DNA of 64,000 bases from the human T2T-CHM13v2.0 reference genome, Homo sapiens. Under the pieces are notes generated by a model. The model was not told the DNA's origin and did no database searches. It was given only the letters and a program-made list of their open reading frames with translations. Location: assembly GCF_009914755.1 (NCBI RefSeq), contig NC_060928.1; one strand, given 5' to 3'. The translations under genes and the position numbers were made by a program. Below are positions 1 to 18,942 of this stretch, one piece after another (positions within the stretch are counted from its first letter, which is position 1; every line of letters starts with the position of its first letter).

Positions 1-1150
1 CAGGAAGTTTTCCCATTCAATTGAAACATTTTTCAAGCTTAATGACTATAATTTACTACATAATTATTTATTTTGTTCAAGTTTGAGGAAAACTAAATAA
101 AGCAGTAGCAATTTAAGTCATAATAAATTTTGTTAGATGACTTCTTCCACTTTAGGGGGAATTAAAAATCATGTTTAAAAACCACATGTGCAGCAGTTCT
201 GTGACTCCCTCAACATCCGGTTGGCCATATAGTCCCTTTGCACCACAGAGGTTGGAGTATAGAATATGCCCAAAGCTGTTTTGTTTTGTTTTAACTATGC
301 TGCATCATCTGAGGTTGTGTTAACATAGTTTGTCCTAATAGTCTTTTACTGGAAACTTGCTATATTTGATCATGTTCAGCAAGTAAACTAATTTTATCTA
401 CTTTCATATATTTTGAGACAAAGTCTGGCCCTGTCACCCAGGCTGGAGTGCGGGGGCATGATCGTAGCTCACTGCAGCCTCAGCCTCTTGTGCTCAAGTG
501 ATCCTCCCACCTCAGCCTCCCAAGTAGCTGAGACTACAGTCATGCTTCATCATGCCCGGCTAATTTTTTATTTTTCTAAGAGACAGAGTCTCACTGTGTT
601 ACCCAGGCTGGTCTCGAAGTCCTGGACTCAAGTGATCCTCCCTGCCTCAGCACTCCCAAAGTGCTGGGATTGCAGGCATGAGCAACCATGCCTGGTGTTT
701 TATCTTTTGCAGAAATCCAATTTAGTAAAGTCATGTTGTAGCAAGCATCACTTTAATATAAAAAGTGTACAGCTCATATTATTAGCAATTGTACTGTTTA
801 ATTTTATATTAGTTATGGTCTTGAAGGACATTGAAAATCTGTTCAGAAAGACTATGTTTTTCAACCAGAGATGACATCACTCTAACTTTCCTTTGGTTTA
901 AATGCTTGATTCTTTGCTTACAAAACTTCTGTTTTGAACAACTATGGTGAGAAAGTATATTTGTGATACTGTTTTCTTAGAACACTGTTGTCAGATAGAT
1001 CAGCCATAATGTTAACACATTTCTGATCTCTATTATAAGGCTGTAATTTTCCAAAATAATATAGAAAAGGAGAAAAGGGTAGTACATTTCATAATTAGAG
1101 ATAACCCTGTACTAGTGAGAAAATAAAAATGTCAAGTTTATTAAATTTTC
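1..1150 (+). other. Possible distal 3' UTR of the convergent neighbour gene (CISD2 by synteny), with candidate poly(A) signals AATAAA 1122-1127 and ATTAAA 1140-1145
   Basis: Hexamers are seen in the sequence. The CISD2 assignment rests only on my recollection that CISD2 is convergent with SLC9B1 at 4q24; no CISD2 coding sequence is in the window. Confidence 0.3.
411..693 (-). mobile_element. Alu (AluJ-like)
   Basis: T-run, GAGACA..CCCAGGCTGGAGTGC..CCCAAAGTGCTGGGATT; explains ORF 413..874. Confidence 0.9.
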
Positions 1151-1253
1151 AGATTTCCTGTAATTTTTCCATTACTATCCCTCATAAATTTCTCTGCATG
1201 ATCACACTAAAGATATAAATTAATCACATCCATTCAACAAATTAAGAAACTCA

Positions 1254-1775
<522 letters not shown>

Positions 1776-1982
1776 TTAAAATGTTAATAGACCAGTTACA
1801 AAGAAGAGAATGTAAAGTGATTTTTTAAAATCCATAATTTAAAAAGTACTAGGGTTGCAAGAAGGATAATTCCAATGTTATTTAAAGTATCCCAAATTTT
1901 TTTAAAAAAGAAAAACCAATTCATTTCACATAGGCAGTGCAGCATTAATATGAAAACCTGATAAACATAAGACAAAACTGTA

Positions 1983-2265
1983 GGCCAGGTGCAGTGGCTT
2001 ACACCTGTAATCCCAGCACTTTGGGAAGCCAAGGTGGGTGGATCACTTAAGGTCAGGAGTTCAAGACCAGCCTGGACAATATGGCGAAACCCCATCTCTA
2101 CTAAAAATACAAAAATTAGCCTGGCATGGTGGTGCATGCCTGTAATCCCAGCTTGAACCCAGGAGGCAGAGGTTGCAGTGAGCCGAGATCACGCCACTGC
2201 ACTCCAGCCTGGGTGACAGAGCAAGTCTCCATCTCAAAACAAAAAAACAAACAAAAAAACCAAAA
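1983..2265 (+). mobile_element. Alu (AluS-like) with small right-arm deletion
   Basis: Alu dimer; CCCAGC joins directly to TTGAACCC. Confidence 0.9.
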
Positions 2266-3016
2266 CTATAGACCAATCTGACATACATATGAATGAATAT
2301 TCTAAATAAAAACCCAGCACTGTTATCAATAATTGCAACAACAAAAAAGAGTAATACAGTATGCAAAGAGCACTGTATTTCAGGAATTCATGGGTATTTC
2401 AATATCAGTTAAGTATATTAACACAATTACATAAATGACATCAAAGAAGAGAAAAATGTGATTATATCAATAGATGCTGAGAGGGCTATTGTTAAGATTA
2501 AACATCCACTCCTAATGAAGATTCTTGAGTAAAATAGAAATTGAAGGAAAGTGTCTAAACATAACCGTTATTTATGAAACGCCTACAAAACAAGTATTTT
2601 AAATCATGAAACAACGTTTCAATTAAAACAAGGAACCAGTAGGAATAGCTGCTGTCATTATTTGTTATTAAAGATTATCTTGGAGGATCCATGAATGTAA
2701 CAAGATTTTTAAATGAAATAATCAGTATAAATATATAGAAAACTTTTTGTGGATATGATTATATGCCTAGGAAATCATAGAGATTAGGAAAAACAGAAAT
2801 TTCAAATATTTTAAAGAGGAATATTGGTAAGTTATTTGGAAATAAGATGATAATACAAAATATATTAGCAATAAGCACCTTGAAATGCTAGTGGTAAAAA
2901 TATTCACAATAACAAAAATAATAAAGGTAAAATAAATTTACCAAGAAAGGTAGAAGATCTATAAGAAAAAAACTATAAAAATGTTACCAAAAGCTACTGA
3001 ATAAGAAACACATGAG

Positions 3017-3290
3017 GCTAGGCGCAGTGGCTCATACCTGTAATCTCAGCACTTTGGGAGGCTGAGGCAGGAGGACTGCTTGAGCCCAGGAGTTCAAAAC
3101 CAGCTTGGGCAAATTGTGAAACGCTATCTCTAACCAAAACAAAAAGCTAGTTGGGCTTGGCGCATGCTTATAGAACCAGGTACTTGGGAGGCTGAGGTGG
3201 GAGGTTGGGGCTTCAGTGAGCTGAGATCCCACCACTGCACTCCAGCCTGGGTGACAAAGTAAGACCCTGTCTCAAAAAAACAAACAAAAC
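3017..3290 (+). mobile_element. Alu (AluJ-like)
   Basis: GGCTAGGCGCAGTGGCTC..GCCCAGGAGTTC..GACCCTGTCTC A-tail. Confidence 0.9.
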
Positions 3291-4202
3291 TCTTGTAAAA
3301 ACATAAATCTAAAATTATATATAAATTCAATTAAATTCACATTAGAATCACAAAAGCATTTTAAAATTGGATTAAATTATCTTAAAGTTCATGTAGAAGA
3401 ATAGTCAGAAAATTGTTCCAAAAAAAAGACTATTGAGAGGAACTTTTCTCAGCAGATATCAGCACCTACTATAGAACTATTGGAATTGATCAATTAAGAA
3501 AAACAATTGTATTAAGAATAAGCAAGAGTGGTAAAAAATTGAGAATCTACATGTAGATGAAAAATTAATATATGAAAATAAACAATTCAAAGAAAACAAA
3601 ATTGGACCCTCAATTTACACTGAAGGCTTTGAAGTGACACATAAAATGATTTTTTAAATGATTTAAATACGTACATAAATGGAGACAGGAAGGGTGGGAG
3701 AGAAGCGGAAGAGAAAGAAAATAGAAGACTAAAGAACAGGAACACCTATGTGGAAAAAGGTAACACTTAATGACAAAATATGTTTTATGTGAATATCAGT
3801 TATACATAATAAATATTGGGGACATTGCCTTGTGGGTTATAATAAAGCATTAAGAAACAGAGTAGTGAACAAAAAAAGGAAAGAAAACTACCAAATTCCA
3901 TGTATGATACCCCATTTTAAAATTACATAAATTAAATGTGTACACATAAGAAAATTTTAAACATTAAAATTTTGTTAATAAAACAGATTTGATAACACGA
4001 AGGCCAATGATGACCTTACCCACAGCAGTTTTGTTTAAATGGGGACTAAGGATGGAGCAAAATTTTTAGTAGAGCACTTTGAATAATGAATTAGCAAACT
4101 ATAATAAACTGAAATCTTACCTACCAAATAATCTCAGTAAACAAATCTAAAAGAAATGAGTAAAACAATTGTGAGCAAAAAAGGATAGAGTCACTACATA
4201 TA

Positions 4203-4693
4203 ATGTAAATGAGACAAGGATGGCCTCTGTGTATTGGTGCCTAGGTTATTTCTTCACAGCAAGCTGAGACCCATTAGCTCAAAAGCCAACTGGCAGCAAA
4301 CTCAAATTTTTAAACATCCAATTGTGTTAAACATTGCCCAGACATGCAGATTTGTAGGCATTTAGAGCCTGCCTGATTTACATGCCCTGGGAAACTGTGT
4401 CCAAAATCTGCCTGCCACAGATAAACCCTAGGCTGTAAAGACCCCAGGCTGCTTCTGCTCTTTGGAACTCTGTGAACTATAGACTCCATGCCATGCTGCT
4501 GAGTGATATCACTGAGACATGAAAGCCTCCTCTCTGATCCTTTCCTCCCTCAGGAGTTCCTTTGCCCTCCTCCCCTTCTGAGTGGTGGCCCCCTTGCCTC
4601 AATCCTCTGGTCCATCTCTTGCTGTGAAGGCCTTCCCCAGGATACAAACCTGACGAGATCATCCAGATAAAGCCCATGTGTGCTTCTGTCACA
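4203..4693 (+). mobile_element. Probable old solo LTR (ERVL-type)
   Basis: TGTA..CA termini, GC-richer block in an AT-rich L1 context, ATAAAG near the 3' end; family not identified. Confidence 0.45.
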
Positions 4694-4887
4694 TCTTTTT
4701 CTATATTTTTCTCATTTTTTTCTAAACTTTTCTAATTTTTTCTTAATTTTTATAAAATTGTGGATACCTAATAATGTAGTCTCAAAATAAATAAAGCCAA
4801 AATTAGAACTGGAAAGAGCAATAAAAAAATCCACAAACATAGTGAGAGATTTTAACAATTCATTTTTAGTAATTGAAAAAATAAACA

Positions 4888-5073
4888 CTGCACAAACTTC
4901 CCGAGGCTCCACCCCGTAATCCCAGTGCACAGGTGGGCATTATTCAGAATCAGTGGGGAAAGGGCGGCTTCAACCAGGACCCGCAGTCCAGTTTATCTAA
5001 CAGCCTTCAGGCTGTTTTAGTCTTGAAGGTGGGGTTTTACCGGGGGACCCTTGGTTGCCTCCTGTCTCTATCA
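4888..5073 (-). mobile_element. 5' fragment of an ERV1-class LTR (MER52/LTR1/LTR27/MER61 group)
   Basis: Minus strand begins TGATAGAGACAGGAGGCAACCAAGGGTCCCCCGG..AAAACAGCCTGAAGGCTG, typical of the 5' end of this LTR group. Confidence 0.65.
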
Positions 5074-7377
<2,304 letters not shown>

Positions 7378-7679
7378 TTATTTGTTTAAATACTATAAAC
7401 ACTAATATCATACACATGGTTAACTGGTTGTAATTTTTAAATTATATTAATAAATTTTTATAAAAACTTTTTATAAATAAAAAACTTAAAATTTCAAATA
7501 AATAACAACATCTGCCACACCACCTTAAAAGGGCGACTATTTCAGTATAATAAACATATATCACAGACACTTAGAGAAAGTTCAATAAATAAAGAATAAA
7601 AAGAATAGTTACAACAATTTTCCTCCTAATCAATAACACAATTCCTCATTTTGAAAATTATTTATCTCTCTTTTATTAA

Positions 7680-8052
<373 letters not shown>

Positions 8053-9285
8053 TATATTTTTATTTTCTTATAAGTGACAATGAGATGCCCTCATGATTTA
8101 AATAGTAGTCAAAACACTGGCACAGTTTAAATTTTTAGAATTTGAGTACTAGAATTACAATATTTGAAAATGGAGTCTGTACTTTGTTGTAAAACTATAA
8201 GGAGAAAATGTCACTAAAATAGTAGCTATTTTATCTTTTCCCAGAGTTATTCTCCCAGAGTGTATTTTCTAAGAGTTATTTCCCAGAAGGTTTTAGAACT
8301 TCTGGCAGTTTCGGTGATATATTCTGTAAAAGCCCTTAGTCTTAATAGGAATAACACATAGTTTTGATTGCCTTAAATTTTAATTGCTTCACTTGGCAAA
8401 TTTATGTGTAAATGTCATATTCTGTGGTATTTTAATACCTTGCTTGTGGAGAAGAGGAAAAAGAGGAATGAAAGTAATATTCAGTCCTTGCATTGAGCTT
8501 TTGCCAAAGAAGTCTAAACAATTTCTAAGATGCCATTCAATAAGGCCATTTTAGAATCGTTTATATGACTCTTATAACTTTAAAATAAAGAGTCTTGAAG
8601 TTAATTAAAACTCACTTTGCTTGTGATGGGTTCTACATTAACATGGCAGATTTAATCAGCCAGAATTAAAAGGTAATTCTATATTACTAAGGAGAAGAAA
8701 CTGCCACATGACAGCAGTCTCCAAATCTTTCATTTTTGGAGGCTGCCTTTTATGCCTAGATTTTAAAATACTAATTGAAAAAAATATAGTTTACTTCCAT
8801 TTGTGATTTAATTTTATTTCTATAAATAAAAATATAGATAGTGTTTCATCTAAAAACTGCTAAACCAGACTTTCATTTTAAGGGCATGGCAGAAGTAAGG
8901 AAAGACTAACTTGGTTCTATTACTGAACATATTATTTACTCAGGTAGTCACCAAAACCAGAATTTAAAATCTATTTAGTTAACCCATTTAAAGTTGATGT
9001 GTTTTATTCCTTTTCTTTCTTTTTGTGGTGATCTTTTTAACTGAATTACTGGACATCATGGGAGTTCTACTCCTCCTATTTGGAAACTTAGGCTATCTTA
9101 CCAAGTTCAATATTCAAAGTTTTTCTTTCTGCCATTAAGTTTGTTTAATTTTATATTAAGCTCAGTTTGTATTATGATATCAAATTCAGCCTGAGGGATT
9201 ACTTTAAACTTTCCTAGGGTATTTACAGATTTAATTTGTTCTTACAGTATGTAAATACCAAGAGAGCATTCCATTTAATATTATT

Positions 9286-9291
9286 TTTATT
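9286..9291 (-). promoter_or_regulatory. SLC9B1: Poly(A) signal AATAAA of the SLC9B1 terminal exon (ATTAAA at 9274-9279 as a second hexamer)
   Basis: TTTATT on + strand about 170 nt past the stop codon. Confidence 0.6.
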
Positions 9292-9457
9292 AAATTAACT
9301 TTGGAGTAAAAAGTCCAAGAAAAGCCCTGTACTGAAATCACATGTTTACTAAATCCTGGATTCTCTGTACAGTCCCCACATATTTCTACTTTAAAATTCT
9401 TCTGTCATGTGAAATAATTCATTAAAAGAAGCAGGCAGATGATGACAGGTAAACTTT

Positions 9458-9673
9458 TTAATGATGTTCTAATGTTGACAACTGCAGTTTTATTTTGCTT
9501 GGATCATAATGGCGTGTAAGCATTTTAGGCCCCAGAATGCCCATAAGTAGAGCTCCATTTGGAGCTGTGATCAAGATGGCTAAAAATGCTACTGTCATCA
9601 CATCCTTCGCATATGGTTCCAAGTGGGGTGCGGAGACTCTTGCTGTTTCTAGAGCCAGAGGACCTAACACAGC
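9458..9673 (-). CDS. SLC9B1: SLC9B1 terminal coding exon (216 nt, phase 0): AVLGPLALETARVSAPHLEPYAKDVMTVAFLAILITAPNGALLMGILGPKMLTRHYDPSKIKLQLSTLEHH*
   Basis: Acceptor ..AATGCAG|GCT at 9674; stop TAA at 9460-9458; C-terminus matches SLC9B1 as I recall it. Confidence 0.96.
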   Translation of the reverse strand, partial: AVLGPLALETARVSAPHLEPYAKDVMTVAFLAILITAPNGALLMGILGPKMLTRHYDPSKIKLQLSTLEHH

Positions 9674-10129
9674 CTGCATTTAGGGGTAAAAATGGGGCAT
9701 AAAGAAAAATATTAAACTGAGTTGATATATAATGTAAATGGCTCTGTTAAAATAAACAAAATCTAGTACTAGACTATTAGAAAAAAAAAGTACTCAGTAA
9801 TTTTCATAAGTTACTCATCAGTTCCATGTTCTTCCTAGCAAATATATGTGGAGGAAGAGTACAATAGTGACAAATCAGCAGGCAAACATTTTTGGGCTGA
9901 TTTTGCACTCTTGTCCTCTCAGTGTTCCTCTATTCGAATATCTCTTTTGAGTGTTCATGTTGCCCTCATAACACCAGGAGTTCTAACGAAACCAGTTTTG
10001 CTTAGTTGCCTTTACCATGTGCAAGTGGTTCTTGACTACAACAAGACAACATAAAATACTAAGGTTTCTTATGGTTCTCTAGGATTTGTTGCCCTTCTTC
10101 TCATTGTTCTCCCTATTCAGGGGGCACTG

Positions 10130-10350
10130 TGTTATAGCAGAACTGACAGCAGGCTTGGAATCTAGCAAACCGGGTTTGAATTCTATTTTTGCTGCAACCA
10201 GGCTAGTGACCTTGTACAAATGACTCACACTCTCTAACCTTCTACTTACTTATGTGTAAAATGAAGAACAAAATACTTATCTTACTGAATGGTTGTGAAA
10301 ATTAAATATGAGAATGCAAAGAACAGCTGGCACACAGTAGGTATTCAGAT
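10130..10350 (+). mobile_element. MIR SINE
   Basis: GGGTTTGAATTCT..GTGACCTTGTACAAATGACTC..TGTAAAATGA..GGTTGTGAAAATTAAAT..TGGCACACAGTAGG. Confidence 0.7.
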
Positions 10351-11699
10351 AGTAGTAAGTTTCTCTCTCCCTCACTCCTCATGCCCTGCCAGGTCAGAGA
10401 ATGAGTTCCTTTGAAGTTTTCGTTTTAGAATGACTGTACTGGGTCACAAGTTTTTTTCCCTAGTCACCTTCTACCACATTATTTTTAATAACATAAAGCA
10501 AATTTCTTGCTAACCCTCTTTCTTTGTGTTTAATAATCTAGGCATGAAATTGCCTTAAAATTTTGGGGAATTAAATACCAATATATAACATATTTTCTAT
10601 GGAGTTGCAAAGTAACAACATAATGGTGGAAACATTACCTCTGATATGGAACATTATGGCAAAAGAACCCCTCAATTTAAGATCAATTTCTATATCCTAA
10701 ATCAATAATTTAAAATGGTATCATTTTTATATCGTAACTTTTAATGTACTGAACGTGAGCCAGTGTGCTGGAGGATGCTAGGGAGAAAAAGATAATCATG
10801 CAGAAAACCAACTTGAAAGAATCTTACAGTTTAGAAGAGGATTTGAACATAAAAGAACTTCCAACAGAAAAAACAAAAAACAAAAACCAAACCCATTGAC
10901 TTTTAAGAGATGATGATGATAATGGTGAAACTAGAAATAATATTTATATAGTTATATGGCATTCATCATATGGCAGGTATCATTCTTAAAGCTTTCCATT
11001 TATCAATTCATTTAATTCTTACGACAACCTTATTATGTGAGGACTTTATTAGATGATAAATGATTTCCTCCTAGTGACTGAGATTTAATATTATTTCTTT
11101 AAAAGAATCCAATTGCCAAGCTGATCTTACATTTGTAAACTAAATTATTTATTTACTCTCCTAATAGCTTCATTTTTCCACTCTAATTTTTATCAGTAAC
11201 TCGAAACTGAAGAACAAGAGAAAGAGCTGAACCTTAGCCAATTTTATGTTAGCAGCAGAGAACGGTGGAAGAGGATAAAGGTGAAAATAATTTAAAATTG
11301 AAATTTAAATATTTGTTGATCTTATTTACTTGTGACATTATCGTTATCTATTATTGCTGTTGTGACTCTACTTGTATAAATAATTAATTTTTTATGTCTT
11401 GCCAGTTCCTGGAACCAGCTTGATATTCTTTGTGTAGAAGCTAGCCTGAAGCCAGCAGACAGGAATAGGCAGAAGCAGAATAATACTGCAGGACTCGAGT
11501 GAGTGGTCTCTTTCCTCATACCTGCTTTTCTTTTTTCCCTGCTTTATGAAAATTATGAAATAATAAAACAAAATTGCGAGAGTATTGTTGGAAGGAGAGA
11601 GAACAGATACTCCTTTTGTAGATTTATTATTCCCTACAGTAGACATTAAAAATAAAAAGTTATTATTTATATTACTTGAAGGTAAGATAAAATAACAAC

Positions 11700-11925
11700 A
11701 TTGTTAATTGAGCACCACCATATGCCAGAGAGAGTGCTAAGCACTTTACGTGGATTATCTCATTGAATCCTGACAACACTGCTAAGAAACAGATACAGTC
11801 ATAGACTTCATTGTAAGATGAGAACACTGAAGGACTGAGAGATTAGAAAATAATTTTCCTGAGGTTATAGGCAAGTAACATGGTATTCAAAACAGGTAGT
11901 CAGGCCCTATGAACCTGCTTTTCTA
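11700..11925 (-). mobile_element. MIR SINE
   Basis: TTGAGCACCACCATATGCCAG..GTGCTAAGCACTTTAC..ATCTCATTGAATCCTGACAAC. Confidence 0.65.
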
Positions 11926-12397
11926 ACATGATAATAGAGGTTTTTTTTGCATGAAAATTTAGGAGCTTCTGTTTTGGAATAACAACTAAGAAAAGAGCCA
12001 CAGGAAATTAAGGTATATTATGCTGCCAAGTTAAACAGTCTAACAATAAGTAGCAATATATTTTAGGAGGAGGAGAATATCCTTGAATAAGAGGGCAAAA
12101 TTACAAGGTTTCCCTTTCTGTTCATTCATTCTTGCAGGCATGCAATACACATTTGGCTCCTGCATGTCAGGCACTGTGTTAAGTGCCAGGGAGAAATAAT
12201 GAAAAACAACTGCAACAACCAGACACTGTCCCTGTCCTTACGTAGTCTATCAAGGGGGCAGGGGCAGGGATTTAGCCATTAACCAAATAGAATACAAATA
12301 AATGTGTAATTAAAAACAATAAATGTGCATTTGTGTGATGGAGTGAGTGGCAAGGTAGGAAAAGTATTTTTTAAAAAATCAATGTGTCTCTATTTTA

Positions 12398-12700
12398 CTT
12401 TACTTTTTTTTTTTTTGGAGACAGGGTCTCACTTTGTCACCCAAGCTGGAGTGAAGTGGTGTGACCTCAGCTCATTGCAGCCTCAACCTCCTGAGTTCAA
12501 GCAATCCTCCTGCCTCAGCCCCCAAGTAGCTGTGACTACAAGTGCGTGCCAACACACCTGACTAATTTTTTTGTATTTTTTGTAGAGACGAGGTTTTACC
12601 ATGTTGCTCAGGCTGGTCTTGAACTCCTGAGCTCAAGTGATCTGCCTGCCTCAGCCTCCCGAAGTGCTAGGATTCCAGGCATGAGCTACCATGCCTGGCC
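12398..12700 (-). mobile_element. Alu (AluJ-like)
   Basis: GAGACAGGGTCTCACT..GAGCTCAAGTGATCTGCC. Confidence 0.9.
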
Positions 12701-12904
12701 TGTGTCTCTACTTTTTAAAATCATAACATTTAGCTTTGTTATATTCAGCAAAATATAAAAACTCCAATTTTCAGATATATTCTTATTATATATTTTAGGA
12801 AAATAAAAAACATATTTTCATAAACTTAGGAAGTACTTATTGAAAGAATACTTTTTAATTTCAAAAGAATTGCTTTTAAAACTGAGATTTAAAAAGGTTA
12901 CATT

Positions 12905-13710
<806 letters not shown>

Positions 13711-13867
13711 ACTGGTTACGTTAATTTTAATGAATAGTTATGATCAATCAAACATTTAAAAAGTAAGGATAATAGCTCATATTTTGTGACTAGAGTAACA
13801 TTTTTCATTTTAAATTTTAAAAGCATCAAAACGAAAGCATTAAGCAACAGGCTTAATATGTTCTTAC

Positions 13868-14004
13868 CTGTACTGTAGCTTTGGGCATCCATGCTAAAGC
13901 AATAAATATTTTCTCCTTAAAACTAAAACCAGCAAAGCACATCAATAGATATGTGGTTAAAATTCGAACACATAATGCCAAACTTAGAGTGGCAACAGAT
14001 ATGC
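13868..14004 (-). CDS. SLC9B1: SLC9B1 exon (137 nt, phase 1 to 0): GISVATLSLALCVRILTTYLLMCFAGFSFKEKIFIALAWMPKATVQ
   Basis: Acceptor TTGTAG|, donor |GTAAGA; contains the NHA-family PKATVQA motif across the junction. Confidence 0.96.
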
Positions 14005-14272
14005 CTACAACAGATGAAAACAAACATAAATAACAAAATATTTGTGAAGAAGTGTTCTTCATGCCCAGGAATATGATTTCTAAAACTTTTGAAAACATTT
14101 TAAGGCTATTGTCTCTTCATGTGCTTATTTTTTACATAAAAACAATGATTATAAAAAATGAATATGATGGAGGATTCTCTGTAAAGTGCAAGAGAGTATC
14201 TGATGGTGGAAGTACCATGAAAAATAAGACAGATGACATTTATACAATTCTGAACTAATAGACTTCTTTTGA

Positions 14273-14585
<313 letters not shown>

Positions 14586-14889
14586 AATAGTTTTAAATGA
14601 AAGTACTCAAAAAGCGCTGATCGTATCAAATATGTTCCCTCAGGAAAGAAATCTTATATTTATTTCTTCAGATAACTCAGGGAAGATATTCAGGGCTGTC
14701 CTTGGTTTATAAAAAAAAAAGAGCACCCAGTGTAAAGGAAGAGCAATATGAAAATATGACACTGTATCAACATGTGTTTCTGAAGAAGGTCGTTGTAGCC
14801 AAAGATATATTGTAAATAAAAATAAATGTATTTATAATTTTCTTAAATATTTTTGAATTTCATATTTTTTGTGCTCTAATTATTCTTAC

Positions 14890-14998
14890 CAACAATATTT
14901 GATTCAAGCGATGAAACAGATACTTCTGCTCCAACTAAACCAAAAAGAAGTGGTTGAAAAATATCCCATACAGTCGTAATAATCTTTTGGACTTTCAT
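14890..14998 (-). CDS. SLC9B1: SLC9B1 exon (109 nt, phase 0 to 1): MKVQKIITTVWDIFQPLLFGLVGAEVSVSSLESNIV
   Basis: Acceptor TTTTCTATAG|, donor |GTAAGA; too short for the ORF track. Confidence 0.95.
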
Positions 14999-15074
14999 CT
15001 ATAGAAAAGAGAAATACATTTATAATGATTTTGGCACATAAATATATTTCAGAAACTTAAAGTCTTCCCCCCCT

Positions 15075-15375
15075 TTTTTTTTTCATTTTTTAAGTATTTT
15101 AGAGATGGGGTCTTGCTCTGTTGCCCAGGCTGGAGTGTAGTGGCATAATCATAGCTCACTGTAGCCTTGAACTCCTGGGCTCAAGTGATCCTCTCGCAGT
15201 CTCCCAAGTAGAACTACAGGTGTGTACCACCATGCTGGGCTAATTTTTAAATTGTTTATAGAGATGGAGTCTTGCTATGTTGCCCAGGATGGTCTAGAAC
15301 TCCTGTCCTCAAGTGGTCTCTGGCTGTGGCGTCCCAAAGCACTGGCATTATAGGCATGAGCCACCATGCCTGGCC
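15075..15375 (-). mobile_element. Alu (AluJ-like)
   Basis: GAGATGGGGTCTTGCTCTG..ATAGCTCACTGTAGCC. Confidence 0.88.
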
Positions 15376-16329
15376 TAAAGTCATTTAACATTTAATAAAT
15401 TTAAGACACTTTATTTTAATAAAAATGTTAAACTTAATAAAAACTGAGCACTTCAATAGTTTTATTCAAACACTTAGGTAGAATTTGATTAAAATAAACT
15501 CACAAAGCAATAAAATAATACTATTTGGCCATTTTGTCACAGAATAAGTGATGTCCTTAGGGTTCTAGCCATGTTTCGTATGAGTTCCAGATTTTGTCTG
15601 TAAAGTAACTGAACAGAGATATAACTACATCATGCCTGATGAGAACATACCCAGTTCATGCAAACATTTGGGTTCTCAAAAGGGGGTTGGGAAGCCCTCC
15701 ACTAACAACCATCCTGGAACTCAATCCCATTAAAGTGAATCCTGATATATATAGCATATACTACTAGGAAAAACAATTTGGAAGTCTGCTAGGCCTGCTT
15801 CCAAAGAACCCATGTTGAATATTTTAAAGTTACTTTTTCCTTAAAACAAAACCAAAACATATATTAGATTCTCATTTAACTGCCTACCCAGCTTCCCTTT
15901 CTGGAAACGAATGCCTCCCAGTGCTACTTCCCCAATTAAAACGTTACAGGAAAGGCCCCTATTGGCCTACATTACTCTGGCTCTTCTCCAGGAATTTGGA
16001 TGAAGAGATTTCAGTCTCAGTCTGGGTTTAACATTTTTTTTTTTAAACAGAAGATACATAAGAACTTTGATGTCTCTTCCTTGAGGCATAAACTATCTTC
16101 ATAACTATTTCCCTTATGACTGTGTTTTCTGATCCCCACTTATTATAGTTTAAAAAAAGAAAAAGAAAGAAAAACAATGTTACTATTCTTTACAGCATAA
16201 TTATCCTATTTGTTACTTTTAATCTTTAAAACTTGTTTTAGTTCTGTTTCTTTTACCATTTAAAAAAATTCTAGCAGTTTTAATTTTATTTATTGATTTG
16301 CATTTCATTCATTTCATTTCTTTTATCAT

Positions 16330-18130
<1,801 letters not shown>

Positions 18131-18164
18131 TTTTATTCTTTTACAAGCATTTCTATTTTTATTA

Positions 18165-18468
18165 TTTGTTTGTTTATTATTTATTTATTTTTTTGTGATG
18201 GAGTTTTGCACTTGTTGCCCAGGCTGGAGTGCAATGGCATGATCTTGGCTCCTGGGTTCAAGTGATGCTCCTGCCTCAGCCTCCTGAGTAGCTGGGATTA
18301 CAGGTGCCCACCACCACACCACCATGCCCAGCTAATTTTTGTATTTTTAGTAGAGATGGGGTTTCACCATGTTGGCCACACTGGTCTCAAATTCCTGACC
18401 CCACGCGATCTGTCCGCCTCCACCTCCCAAAGTTCTGGGATTACAGGCATGAGCCACCGTCCCCGGCC
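18165..18468 (-). mobile_element. Alu (AluS-like)
   Basis: Dimer with small indels. Confidence 0.85.
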
Positions 18469-18792
18469 TTTTACAAACATTTTTCATGGATTAATTGTAT
18501 AATTAAAATTTCAATGAATAAAATAATTAGATTGATAAAGGTAATATAATAATATTATATAAAACTTGGGAAAAAGAGAAGCCTGATGTGATTAACTCAA
18601 CTTCTGATTCCATATTAGTATATTTCCAGGTGCTTTTCCTAAATATTTTCTTTCCTCGATTGATTCATACACTTTCTTGAGGACAGAAAACCTTTTGGAA
18701 CATTTTCCAACCAGAATGAGGGGATTTCCTAAATATATGTAAAAAATTCAGTTGTTTTAGCTTTTAAAATATAGCATATTAAAAATATTCAC

Positions 18793-18942
18793 CTTTTCTT
18801 GGGACCATTTTGTCCCTGCAATGAAACTCAACACTAGTGTGCATAATCCTCCAGATCCATGTAAACCAATACGTTGGCTGCCTAAGACGGCAGAAACACA
18901 CATAGTCAAAACAAGGAATCCTCTCTTCAATGTAAGTTTTTT
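18793..18942 (-). CDS. SLC9B1: SLC9B1 exon (150 nt, phase 0 to 0): KKLTLKRGFLVLTMCVSAVLGSQRIGLHGSGGLCTLVLSFIAGTKWSQEK
   Basis: Acceptor AATTCTAG|, donor |GTGAAT; open frame in phase with neighbours. Confidence 0.95.
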